This document shows, in pieces, positions 24,518 to 35,900 of a stretch of 64,000 nucleotides of DNA. Source of the DNA: Macrostomum lignano. Its lineage: Eukaryota. The notes under the pieces are model-generated. The model searched no databases. It saw only the letters and a list, made by a program, of their open reading frames with translations, and was not told the origin of the DNA. The stretch's first letter is position 1. Each line of letters begins with the position of its first letter. The stretch spans positions 278,067 to 342,066 of the forward strand of contig NIVC01000958.1 in the NCBI GenBank assembly GCA_002269645.1. Direction: 5' to 3'. Made by a program: the position numbers and the translations under genes.

Positions 24518-26757
24518 TCAACCTGGCTTGGCTTGGCATTGCCATCTTTTTATAGAAAATAGCTTCAAAGTAAGGATTTGTGCCAATAGAGTCGCAGCAA
24601 AAGCCCCAAGTAAAACCATAACCAGAACGCTTATTTTGCTTATAGGATTGGGGCCTGTTTGATCTTCTTCCGCAGCTGGCTGGGCAGCCGCAAGCATCCA
24701 GCTGAGCACAGGTTGGTTCGAGTTTCCGCATCTGTTTCTGGCTGCATCCGGGAAGCTGATCAGAGCCGGAAGCTGCTCACTGCAGTCCGTAAAGCTCACC
24801 AGCCCGAGTACCTCGCCATCAATGGTAAGATTGACAGCTCTGAGCAAACCGCATGAGACAGAGGAATTCGTAGTCTTAACAACATGGTTTCTGGAATTTA
24901 AATGTCAAGAGTTTTGAAAGTTTTAAACTATGATTTGACTAACGAGCACGGTTATCAACTTAGGATAAACTGCTATTCTCAAGTTAATAAACTCACAGCT
25001 TATTAGCATCCTCGAACTCAGCCATTTTGCAGCCAGCTTCTGCCCCGCAGTTCAGGTAGAAGACCTTCTTGGTCCTGTGCTCATAGAACAGTCCGATGCG
25101 AAGCCTCTGTGCGAGATTCAGCGGCTCCTTGATGCGGGTGCTCAGGCCGGAGCCGACGCGAGTTCGCTGGCCTGAAGCCGGTGTTCAAGGGGAGTGAAAT
25201 TGTGCGCATTTAAACTGTGCTGTCTATCTAAAACTTAGGTGCATTTTTGCATTTGTGTAAATATGTGCAAAAGACACCTCTTCACTCCAGCTTACTCTCT
25301 TTAACGAAGTTCTGCAGAGCCGCTGAGCTGCTGAAGCTGGCGAGCCTCATGACTCCGCTGTCAGCGCTCATCGCAGCCAGCTCAGCAGTCAGGTTCCTAC
25401 GAACCGATCCAGTGGTGTAGCAGTTGCTCTCAAAATTAGTCATGCTTCGGCCGCAGAATCCCGGCTCCATCAGTCGAATTTGTAGACCCAGGATATCCGC
25501 AGAGCTTTTCCGATTCAGTCGAAATGAGACCGTCAGGTAGCTCCTACAGTTTGATGTAAAGTATTGTTATTGGGTTTCAAGTAAGAAATTGATTTAATAA
25601 AGTTGAGTTTAGCATCAGCCCAGCTCTGTCGTACCCTTTCGTCAGTTGCAGCACGCGCAGCATCTCCAGCTCTACGGGCTTTGGCTCGCTTGTTGAAGGA
25701 GACGAGCAAGTCGCTGGAAAGTTTGTTTAGGATTCATATTTACAAGTTCTGAATGAAAGCTTTTGCTGGTTTTATTGAGTACCTGCTAGCAGTCAGCAGT
25801 ACGGCTCAAAAACCACTGACTGATTGTTCACGGTAATGGTTAGAACTAGAGGTCAAAACCAATATTACATGTATAATACCATGTTTAACTGTGCTCAAAT
25901 CTATGCTTACAGTCCGAAGCCTTCGAGTGCAGTTTGTATCGCATCGGTTGCTGCTGTGCGGCTGAATCCACTGATCTGGGCCACCTCTGCTGGCTTAGGT
26001 GCGCCTCCGTGTCAAAGCCAGTCAGAACCACAACGGAATTGTCAAGGTGGTCAGTCAGAATCTTCCATTTGCAGTTGAGGCCTTCCTCAGGCACAGGATC
26101 TCCGTAAGTTTTAGGAATGATTCGATCTTCAATAAACTCGAGTTTCAGGCTGAGCTGGAACTCATTGGTGTTGCCTCGCGGATAGCAGTACTCGTTGCCA
26201 GCGAGAACTCTGTGGAGAAGAATAATGGGATTAAGTCGATTGCAGATAAAAAAGTTGGCCCTCTTTAACATTTAACTTTGCTTTAGCAGTACTGGTTACC
26301 GGCCAGAGCTCTGTGGATAAGAAGAATAGGGAGGAGTAGATATTCTGTTGTAAATTGATAGTTAAAGCAATCGCAGATGCAGCCAAAGTTTGTGGGCTCT
26401 TTAAATTTATGGATTTAATTGAATTCTAATGGTCATTAGATCCATTAATACTAATGGCCATCAATTCATCAAATTTATTAACTTAACAGCATTATACTCG
26501 CAAGTACACCCCTCCTCCCCTAAGAACAGCCCACAAAGGCCAGCTTCAATTCTGTATTATGCCCGAAGCATGGCGATGGCGCTCCCAAGGGTGGCATCCA
26601 AAAGCATTCAACCCACCCCAAGCAAAAACCTAAATCCGCTAGAGAAGTCCCAGCTGCAGCAAGAAATTAAGAATTGCAGCACTCACAGTTGAAATGCAGC
26701 AGACAGCAGCAGAGTCGCCAGGCTTATGCCAATCGCTATCTGCAGATTCCGCCGCAT
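24518..26757 (-). CDS. Type I membrane protein: signal peptide, CUB-like and C-type-lectin-like regions, TM. Exons 26757-26687, 26209-25911, 25713-25635, 25543-25296, 25171-24997, 24839-24518 (397 aa)
   Basis: All GT-AG introns, phases consistent, total 1194 nt. N-terminus MRRNLQIAIGISLATLLLSAAFQLVLA; GLNCKWKIL..VVLTGFDTE (CUB-like); CGRSMTNFESNCY..RLASFSS..RIGL (CTLD-like); TM ISVLVMVLLGAFAATLLAQILTLKLF. Domain names are motif-level inferences. Confidence 0.75.
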
Positions 26758-27659
26758 GCCGCTCACTTCTAATGCCGTTAGGTAGACCTAAAACTGCCAA
26801 TGAGAAATTCGAAATTAAATCAAAATACTTTTTTGCGATCTAATAATGTCTGTTCTCGTACACGAATGTTGTGAAAAAATTACATGTCACTTGGTTTTTA
26901 CTTAACCTCAACCCTGCTTGCTACCCTGATACGGGTAGAGAAAGAGAAAGATTTTGTTTAAATTCTTAACTAATCATTTTTTGTCTCTCCGACTCTATCC
27001 TTCCTCAAACAAATGTGATTTTGCAAATATATAGCAGTCAATAATTTCGACATTAAGATATGCTTAAATTTATTGAAAACTACTCGACTAAAAATGTGCC
27101 CGAAACTCGACGTCCTGTTCATGTGTACTCACCAAGGGAAGTGGCAGAACTTCTTGCAGGATATTTTGAGAGGCTTATTACAGAACAATGATGAAAGAAG
27201 CGCCGTGGAAAACCCATGATTTTACAGGCGAAGCCGCGGTAACTCTGTGACAAATCCAAGTAAAACCCACGGCTTCTCCGCCGTGATTTTATTGCTAATG
27301 CAGTGAAGACGCGTATTCAAGTACAACTTTAGGGCAATTCCATGGCTTTTCCATGGAAATTCAGCAAGTAGAATTACGAGTATAGGTTGTGCGCTTCTAT
27401 GCCCGCCCAGTACAATATACCTTCTGTACGTAGCTATACAGTCAGAAAAAAGCAGAGGACGCACGCTTCTGTATCGTGCAAGCTAGTGCTTCCAAAGCAA
27501 GCATGCACTGTCCGCTGTACGTCACTTAGAAACTGTACGAAAAAGTCAGAGATAATAAGCTTTCTATATATTTCTTAAAGATGTGAACCAAAGAATATAC
27601 GGGCATACAGACTTCCTAGTTAATTAATAGTCTCCCGTATCTTTAGCTAGAATTTTGGG

Positions 27660-28800
27660 ATATGTTTCTAATTCCCCAGATTTCAATTCCTCAGAATTCA
27701 AATTTCTTACATTTCACATTCCTCACATTTCTCATTCCCCACATTTCACATTCCCCAGATTTCTCATTCCCCACATTTCACATTCCCCAGATTTTGCATT
27801 CCCCAGATTTTGGATTCCCCAGATTTTGCATTCCCCAGATTTCTCATTCCCCAGATTTCTCATTCCCCAGATTTTACATTCCCCAGATTTTACATTCCCC
27901 AGATTGTACGTTCCCCAGATTTTACATTCCCCAGATTTTACATTCCCCAGATTTTGCATTCCCCAGATTTTGCATTCCCCAGATTTTGCATTCCCCAGAT
28001 TTTGCATTCCCCAGATTTTGCATTCCCCAAATTTTTCATTCCCCAGATTTCACATTCCTCAGATTTCACATTCCCCAGATTTCACATTCCTCAGATTTCA
28101 CGTTCCCCAGATTTCTCATTCCCCAGATTTTGCATTCCCCAGATTTTGCATTCCCCAGATTTTTCATTCCCCAGATTTTGCATTTCCCAGATTTTGCATT
28201 CCCCAGATTTTGCATTCCCCAGATTTTGCATTCCCCAGATTTTGCATTCCCCAGATTTTGCATTCCCCAGATTTTTCATTCCCCAGATTTTTCATTCCCC
28301 AGATTTTTCATTCCCCAGATTTTACATTCCTCAGATTTTTCATTCCCCAGATTTTACATTCCTCAGATTTCACATTCCCCAGATTTTACATTCCTCAGAT
28401 TTCACATTCCCCAGATTTCACATTCCTCAGATTTCACGTTCCCCAGATTTCTCATTCCCCAGATTTCTCATTCCCCAGATTTCTCATTCCCCAGATTTCT
28501 CATTCCCCAGATTTTGCATTCCCCAGATTTTGCATTCCCCAGATTTTGCATTCCCCAGATTTCCCATTCCCCAGATTTCACATTCCTCAGATTTCACATT
28601 CCCCAGATTTCACATTCCCCAGATTTCACATTCCCCAGATTTCTCATTCCCCAGATTTCTCATTCCCCAGATTTCACATTCCCCAGATTTCACATTCCCC
28701 AGATTTCACATTCCCCAGATTTCTCATTCCTCAGATTTCTCATTCCCCAGATTTCACATTCCCCAGATTTCACATTCCCCAGATTTCAGATTCCCCAGAT
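27660..28800 (+). repeat. 16-bp minisatellite (TTT[CA/TG/CT]CATTCCCCAGA)
   Basis: About 1.1 kb of tandem copies. Confidence 0.98.
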
Positions 28801-29450
28801 TTAAAGCCCTTTGGTGCTGGCGCCCAAAGATAGCGTCCTTGAAGATTGCTCAAAGCACTTTTGAGCAATCTTTGGCGCGCGGAGCTACACGTGCTGGCCG
28901 TAAGATGATCCCCTGACCTGGCTTGTTAATGCACTCATCTTTGTTGCATTTAGCTACGTCAATTAAAAATCCCACCGTGCTGCAATCATGAAGGATAATT
29001 GCGTAGATTTTACTGAGTCATTAAAACTTGTTAATGTTTTTCTAGATTTTTTTTACTTTCTAGCACTACTGTACACAACCGTTCTACTAACAGTAGAAGA
29101 TTAAACAAAAATTTAAAGCCAAAAAGACACTTTGAGATTTACTATTGAGTAGTGCATGCAGCGCATGCAGTACCCACCGCCACACAACTAATATGTAGAA
29201 CAATACGTTTCAAAATATAATCTTTCATATTTTATAATCAGTAAAGGATCGTTCAATCCGTTTAAATTCAAAAGATTTTTTCAAAAAACACTGGGCAGCG
29301 AAACAACTTTGATAAAATATGAACAAACGAACACAAATTGCAGGTAGAATGGGAATGATTTCACTAGGAGGCTAAATTAATAGGTTAAAAGAGGAAGTCT
29401 CAATTCGATAAATGTGGAAATTTAATCGAAGGCCCTGTTTGGCTGTACAA

Positions 29451-29757
29451 TAATAATAGCAATTGATTTCACCTGCCCCAATTGGGCCAGATGTGCAACC
29501 GACAGCTCAGCCGCAGCTATTGCGCGGCGCGTCTGAAGGCTGCGTACGGCTGTTCAGTCCAAGGACTGGGGGGTCGCCACACACACCCTCAATTACCCCA
29601 GCTAATGCTGGCACCCATTTTACAGCTGGGTGAACTGAAGCAATGCAGAGTTAAGTGTCTTTGTGTCTTTATCAAGGACACAAATTGTTCCAGTGGGATC
29701 AGGAATCGAACCCCAGACCTTCAAGTCGTTGAGTCCGACGCTCTAACCACTAGGCTG
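29451..29757 (-). mobile_element. CORE-like SINE, copy 2, with probable TSD
   Basis: Same family as 20122-20426; GGCTGTACAA at 29441-29450 and 29753-29762. Confidence 0.88.
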
Positions 29758-29946
29758 TACAAACTTACAATAAAGATACAAAAGCTAATAAATATGTGAC
29801 TGGAAGTTGAATTACAGGTCGGCATAGTTGAACTTTTAATTAGAGAATTAGTCAATTGAGAGTCGAAGAGATGGGAAGAGCCTGACCAGATGATATGATA
29901 TGACATGATTCTATAATTTTTAAAAGGTCTTCAAAAAATTCCAATT

Positions 29947-32900
29947 TCAAATGTTACATGGCTGGCTTCTCAGATCGGTCTGCTCAAATTGGCTGTGCAT
30001 CAGCTCTTCATCAGCTCCTGTCTGGCCGCCATTGTACGGCACGAAGGTGCTCCCATCGCTTTCATAGTGCCCAACCGCCAGGGTGTACAGCCGCTCCTGC
30101 AGCAGAGGGCCTTCGCTGCCTTCGTCGGACTCTTCATCCGAGCTGGAAGATTCAACCGAGCTGACGGAGACCACGGCAACGAATCTGGGGACGCACTGCG
30201 GAGTTGGCGCGCGATGATAGATAGCTTGTAAAGATGGTTACGATGTTTGGGAGATTCTGATTGAAGGATGACCTCAGCGGGTAACCCCTTAAATACACCA
30301 CTTAAAGCTGTACTTGTAAGTCGCATTTAAGAGCCGCACTCAAACAGCAACAAGGGTGCAATGGCCTGGACTGTGGCTCCCTCTGCAGCCTAGGCCATGG
30401 GGTCTGATACCTCATCGACTGAACTGCGAGCACCCTGTTTGTTCTCCTCACTGATTTACTGCCCTCTGAACACTCCCTCTTTGCTATGCATGCACTGTCG
30501 TCTATCTGTTGCTGTGAGTAGCTTTCGAACCGCACAGCAGCATGCCTGAATAAATTGGGGCTCAGGACCACATAAATATAACGGAAATTTCGACCCCCAC
30601 AATCTGGACACTGTCTTACTTCTGTCTGCCACTCATGCAGGAGCCACGCTCCCAGTGCAAATGCTTCAAATACTACCTCGCAATCGGACTTCGCTCCATT
30701 CGAAGTCATCACAAAGGGCATAAAAGCGCCGTCAGCCAGCAGACAGTCGAAGCGCCGGACCTCGCCGGTCATCATCAGGTCCGTAGCCAAAAATGGCTGT
30801 TGGTGCACCCATTTCTCGACAGCGACTCTCTACATCCTTTTTATCCAATGCTCAGCTGCATCATCTTCTCTCCAGTACAATCCTTCAGAGTACCTGCCCA
30901 GTTACCATGCGGCCTGTCCCTCAACACCGCCTTCAACCACAGCCTGCAGCACTCTTGCAACATTCCCGAAGAAGCGGTCCCTTTTCATACAGTCGTTAGT
31001 CTTCTTCTCCTTCCAGGAAATGACCAGCATTCTTCTGTAGGTCTTCATCTCGAAAGCTCTCAGTTGCCTTTCAGCTTTCTTCTCTACTTTCCAGATCTCG
31101 CAGGCATGGAGAAGAGTTTCCATGACTACAGATCTCATCAGCAGCATTTTATTTTTAATGTGCTTGTTTTTTGTTCTCGAGATGTTGTCCAGTTTCGCCA
31201 GCGCACTTTTAGCTCTTCCACGCCGGTAGGATGCCTAGCGGAATGGGCGACGCTCGCCTCCCTGCTGCGTCTTTGGGCATACCCGGCCTTCTGCCTACCG
31301 GCCCTGCAGCTAAGCCGGTAGGCTGCCTCAATCGCCAGCACTGACTGGGCAGTGCGACTCGGCACGGAAGTTGTGGTCTGCCAGCCACTGCGCAACTGAT
31401 CGCTTTGCATGGAACAGGCAAGTGCTTGACTCACTCGTCGCCGACCTTGAAAGCAGCGCACAGCAAGCCAGCGTGCGCAGTTTTGAGTTGTTATTTGTGG
31501 AGCAGGAGAATTTCCCACAGGAAGTTTCGCCGCTGAGGTTTTCCAGCAGGGTTTTTCCAGTCGGAATTTCAAGTAAAATCCAATCTATTAGACAATACTA
31601 GACTAGATTAGAACTAGACTAGACTAGACTAGATTTCAAATCCGACTGGATTTGACTTAAAATTCCGACTGGAAAACCTCCGCGGGAAAAACTCGCAGCG
31701 AGGAAATCTCGGCTGGGAAAACTCGGCGGGGAAATCTCGGGGGGGGAATCTCGGGGGGGGGAATCTCGGCGGGGAAATCTCAGCTGGGAAATCTCGGGGG
31801 GAATCTCGGGGGGGGGGGAATCTCGGCGGGGAAATATCGGCGGGGGAATCTCGGGGGGGGGAATCTCGGGGGGGGAATCTCGGGGGGGGAATCTCGGGGG
31901 GGAATCTCGGCGGGGAAATATCGGCGGGGGAATCTCGGGGGGGGAATCTCGGCGGGAAATCTCAGCGGGGAAAACTCGGCGGGAAAGGCTCGGCGGGGAA
32001 ATCTCGGCGGGGAAATCTCGGCTGGGAAATCTCGGCTGGGAAATCTCGGCTGGGAAATCTCGGCTGGGAAATCTCGGCTGGGAAATCTCGGCGGGAAAGG
32101 CTCGGCGGGAAAGGCTCGGCGGGAAAGGCTCGGCGGGAAAGTCTTATAGTCCCGCTATTTGAGCAATCTGCTCGCTCTAAAAAAAGTTGCCTCTACGAAC
32201 CCATTCTCAAACGCTGCCTACCAATTAAAATGCTTTCACAGCATCCAATCTGTATTATTGCGTCTTAAACTTATTTGCTGAATTATTCAATATTTCGATC
32301 AATTGCAACTTGGCCGTGGCTTTCTCTATGCTTCTGTTTGAAACTCAGCATAGCCATATCGCTCAAAAGACTAGATCTCATTATTAATAACACATTCTCA
32401 TAGTTAAGCAAGAAAGCTACAGCAATAATACACACCTTCGAAGGCAGGTTGGCATATTGTACTCCGGTTTCAGAGCCGCTAATTTGAGGAGCAGGTCGAT
32501 CTGGTATCTCCTGCGGCTCGCGATTGGTTGGCGGTTTTCGTCTCCTAATCAACACTAGAGCAACGGTGACAGCCAGGGCTGAGGAGAGCAGAAAAACTCC
32601 AATGAAAATCCAGGCTAATCCGAAATCATCAGAAATGTTACCAGAAGATTCCGAGTCAACTTGAAAGTCTGTTTAGGATTGGTTTGGAAGAATCTGTATA
32701 GTTTCTAAGTGATAAATATCTGTGGAAATTTCGCTATCAGACATCCGCCTACAATTCAGCCAGCCTTATAATTAATTTGCATGTAAACCATAACCGATTT
32801 TCCCTAGCTAAACAGGACATCCGTTTCCAAGCGCTAAGTATGAATGACAGATTGTAATAATAGTAATAATAATTGATACACCTGCCCAATGGGCAGATGT

Positions 32901-35900
32901 GCAACCGACAGCTCAGCCGCAGCTATTGCTGGCTGCATCTGTACGGCTGTTCAGTCCAAGGACTGGAGGGGGGTCGCCACACACACCCTCAATTATCCCA
33001 GCTAATGCTGGCACCCATTTTACAGCTGGGTGAACTGAAGCGAGGCACAGTTAAGTGTCTTGCTCAATGACACAAATTGTTCTCGAGTATATCGAGAATC
33101 GAACCCCCGACCTTCAGTCCGACGCTCCAACCGCTAGGCTACAAACACTACTGACTCTAGGTAGACAAAATATGAGAATTGTATCCGTGGGGTCTCATCC
33201 ATCAAGAGTTTGTGCCACAGGAGTAAACTGCGAATCAGCAAACACTTTCATCGTGAAGTCCTCGAGAGGACGATGCTGAGGATGCGACGCTAACAGTGGG
33301 GCAACAATGCCCGGTTGCTGCATCGCGACAACGCACCAGCGCACAAAACAGTTTTGATATCTCTGGCTGAAGCAGGCTCTCAAAGGATCACGATCTGAAG
33401 ACCAGGAAGACTTAAAGAACGACGAGACAAGGGTCTTACAAGGCATCTCGATGGAGGGCTTCTACAAGTGCATCCAGCTATTGAGGCGCTGTGTTGAATG
33501 CAGGGGCAATTACTTTGAGGGCTGCAGTTGACTAATGATTAGATAACATTCAAGCATACATTTTTTAGTAACAACAATGGATACATAATATTTTGCCGTT
33601 AGAAAAATGAGTTACCCGTTTCGTTCGAAGTGCAGTTACGAAAGACCTGTTCGCTTGTTTGAAAAATCGTTGAGCCATTGAAGTCCTGCTGAGCAGTGCA
33701 GTTGATGAGAAAATTCGATTCGTTATTCAGCCATGCACATTCTGGTGGTGAAATGCTGCCGTTTGCCTGCCAGGTGTGGCTGTTTTGCATCCGCGTCAGT
33801 TCAACACTCTGGGAATGAGGACAGTTATTGAGATTTGACTTTGAATTTTGTTTTAACCTGATTTTTTAATGAATCATCCAATGAGTCAGTTTGGTCCGAA
33901 GCTGAGCCTTTGGTTCCGTTCCGGTGCTCAGGTTGACATTGAGTTCAAGATCCTCATGTCTCCTTATTATCCTACAGCTTACAGGGGCTGGCTAGGAAGC
34001 AGATGGGAAGGAGTTAATCACCTGGATTCTCTAGTCAATCACCTGGATTCCCTAGTCAATCACCTGGATTCTCTAGTCAATCACCTGGATTCTCTAGTCA
34101 AGTCAAGTCATCTAGTCAATCACCTAGATGATAGCAAAAGATCCATCTGCGCGCTAATGCCATGCGAACTTATTCGGCTATCTTTCGGGCTCGCATCAAG
34201 CACTCACAGAGGAATTTGCGATCTGGCATTTCACGGATGTCACCGGAGGCCGAGCGTCGGAGGCAGCCACAGCCAGGTGCAGTCGCGAGCTCTCAATGCT
34301 GCCATCTACCTGAATTCTTGCTGGGTCTGCAGTGAAATTGGAAATCGCATTCAAGCAAAGCGTTCACAGCTGACTCGCTTCATTTACTGTTCGGCACTCA
34401 CAGAAAATCGGCTGTCGCAGCTGCTCCAGACTCTCAGCCTCATCGTACACCACACCTGACTGGTTGACGCTGCAGCGAACGGACCAGTTCTGGTGAGCCA
34501 TCGACCTGCTCACCTGCAGCTGGTGAGCGCTGCTGAAGCTGCTCTGCTGCAATGCGAATGAGGGTGCAGATTGGGACAGGTGAGGCTCTGCACTTCTCTG
34601 AGCACTTTGGCCAATCTCAGTGCAAGCGTACTTGAACTCTGCGGAGCGGCACGGGTGAAGCGCCATCAGCCTGCAGCAGCCGGCAGCTGTGGCTCACGTT
34701 CCAGATGCTGCAGGCGCTGGAGGTCACTGCGATCTGGCGGGTTTGGCCCACCTCCCAGTAGGGACTCGAGCCCAGGTCTACAGCCGTCTGGCACGGCTCT
34801 GCAGTGCGAGCGAGTGGCCGGGTGAGGGGTGGCTGGGTGATGGGTGGCTGGGTGAGGGGTGATGGGAGAGGGGTGGCTGGGTGAGGGGTGGCCGGGTGAG
34901 GGGTGGCTGGGTGATGGGTGGCTGGGTGAGGGGTGGCTGGGTGATGGGTGGCTGGGTGATGGGTGGCTGGGTGAGGGCTGGCTAGGAGAGGGGTGGCTGG
35001 GTGAGGGGTGGCTGGGTGAGGGGTGGCTGGGTGAGGGGTGGCTGGGTGAGGGGTGGCTGGGTGAGGGGTGGCTGGGTGAGGGGTGGCTGGGTGAGGGGTG
35101 GCTGGGTGAGGGGTGGCTGGGTGAGGGGTGGCTGGGTGAGGGGTGGCTGGGTGAGGGGTGGCTGGGTGAGGGGTGGCTGGGTGAGGGGTGGCTGGGTGAG
35201 GGGTGGCTGGGTGAGGGGTGGCTGGGTGAGGGGTGGCTGGGTGAGGGGTGGCTGGGTGAGGGCTGGCTAGGAGAGGGGTGGCTGGGTGAGGGTGGCTGGG
35301 TGAGGGGTGGCTGGGTGAGGGGTGGCTGGGTGAGGGGTGGCTGGGTGATGGGTGGCTGGGTGAGGGGTGGCTGGGTGAGGGGTGGCTGGGTGAGGGGTGG
35401 CTGGGTGAGGGGTGGCTGGGTGAGGGGTGGCTGGGTGAGGGGTGATGGGAGAGGTAACACAGAATACTGAGATTTGGAAGTCTGAATTTAATTTGCGCAT
35501 TTCTCACCGCTAATCGTTACACCGTGATTTATCTCGTACTTCATAGCAACCAAGTTTTCATCCTCAGTCAGATTCACCCAGCACAGAATTTGACCTCCGT
35601 GCATTGAGAGCGATGCGTGAAAGCTGAACCTTGAGCGAACTGACAGCAGAACCCTGTTTTTATTGTCCTTCACTACAGACCGGTTCTGAAAGTTAAACGA
35701 CAGAATGAGGGGTACCTGCATTTTACGTGTGCTTTGTGTAAGGATAGGCCGCAGTGACGCGGAGGCGCGGTGACTGGGAACTTGGGGTTGTGGCGTGGTG
35801 GTCAGATTGTAGACCAACTCGTGCTGTCAGCGGTATCGCTCACTCAAAGACAGTGCACCTGTCCTCACCTGACTCTCAACTCTCAAAGGCTGCTCCGTCA

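Noticed and set aside
24659-24856. Plus-strand exon with AG/GT boundaries
   Set aside because: The minus strand gives a complete phase-consistent six-exon gene across the same bases.
27655-28916. Long ORFs (368-392 aa) of IPQI/SPDF repeats
   Set aside because: All three frames are open because the 16-bp unit lacks stops; artefact.
34617-35507. Extensin-like (HPSPS/PATPH) ORFs
   Set aside because: 15-bp intronic minisatellite, open in several frames on both strands.
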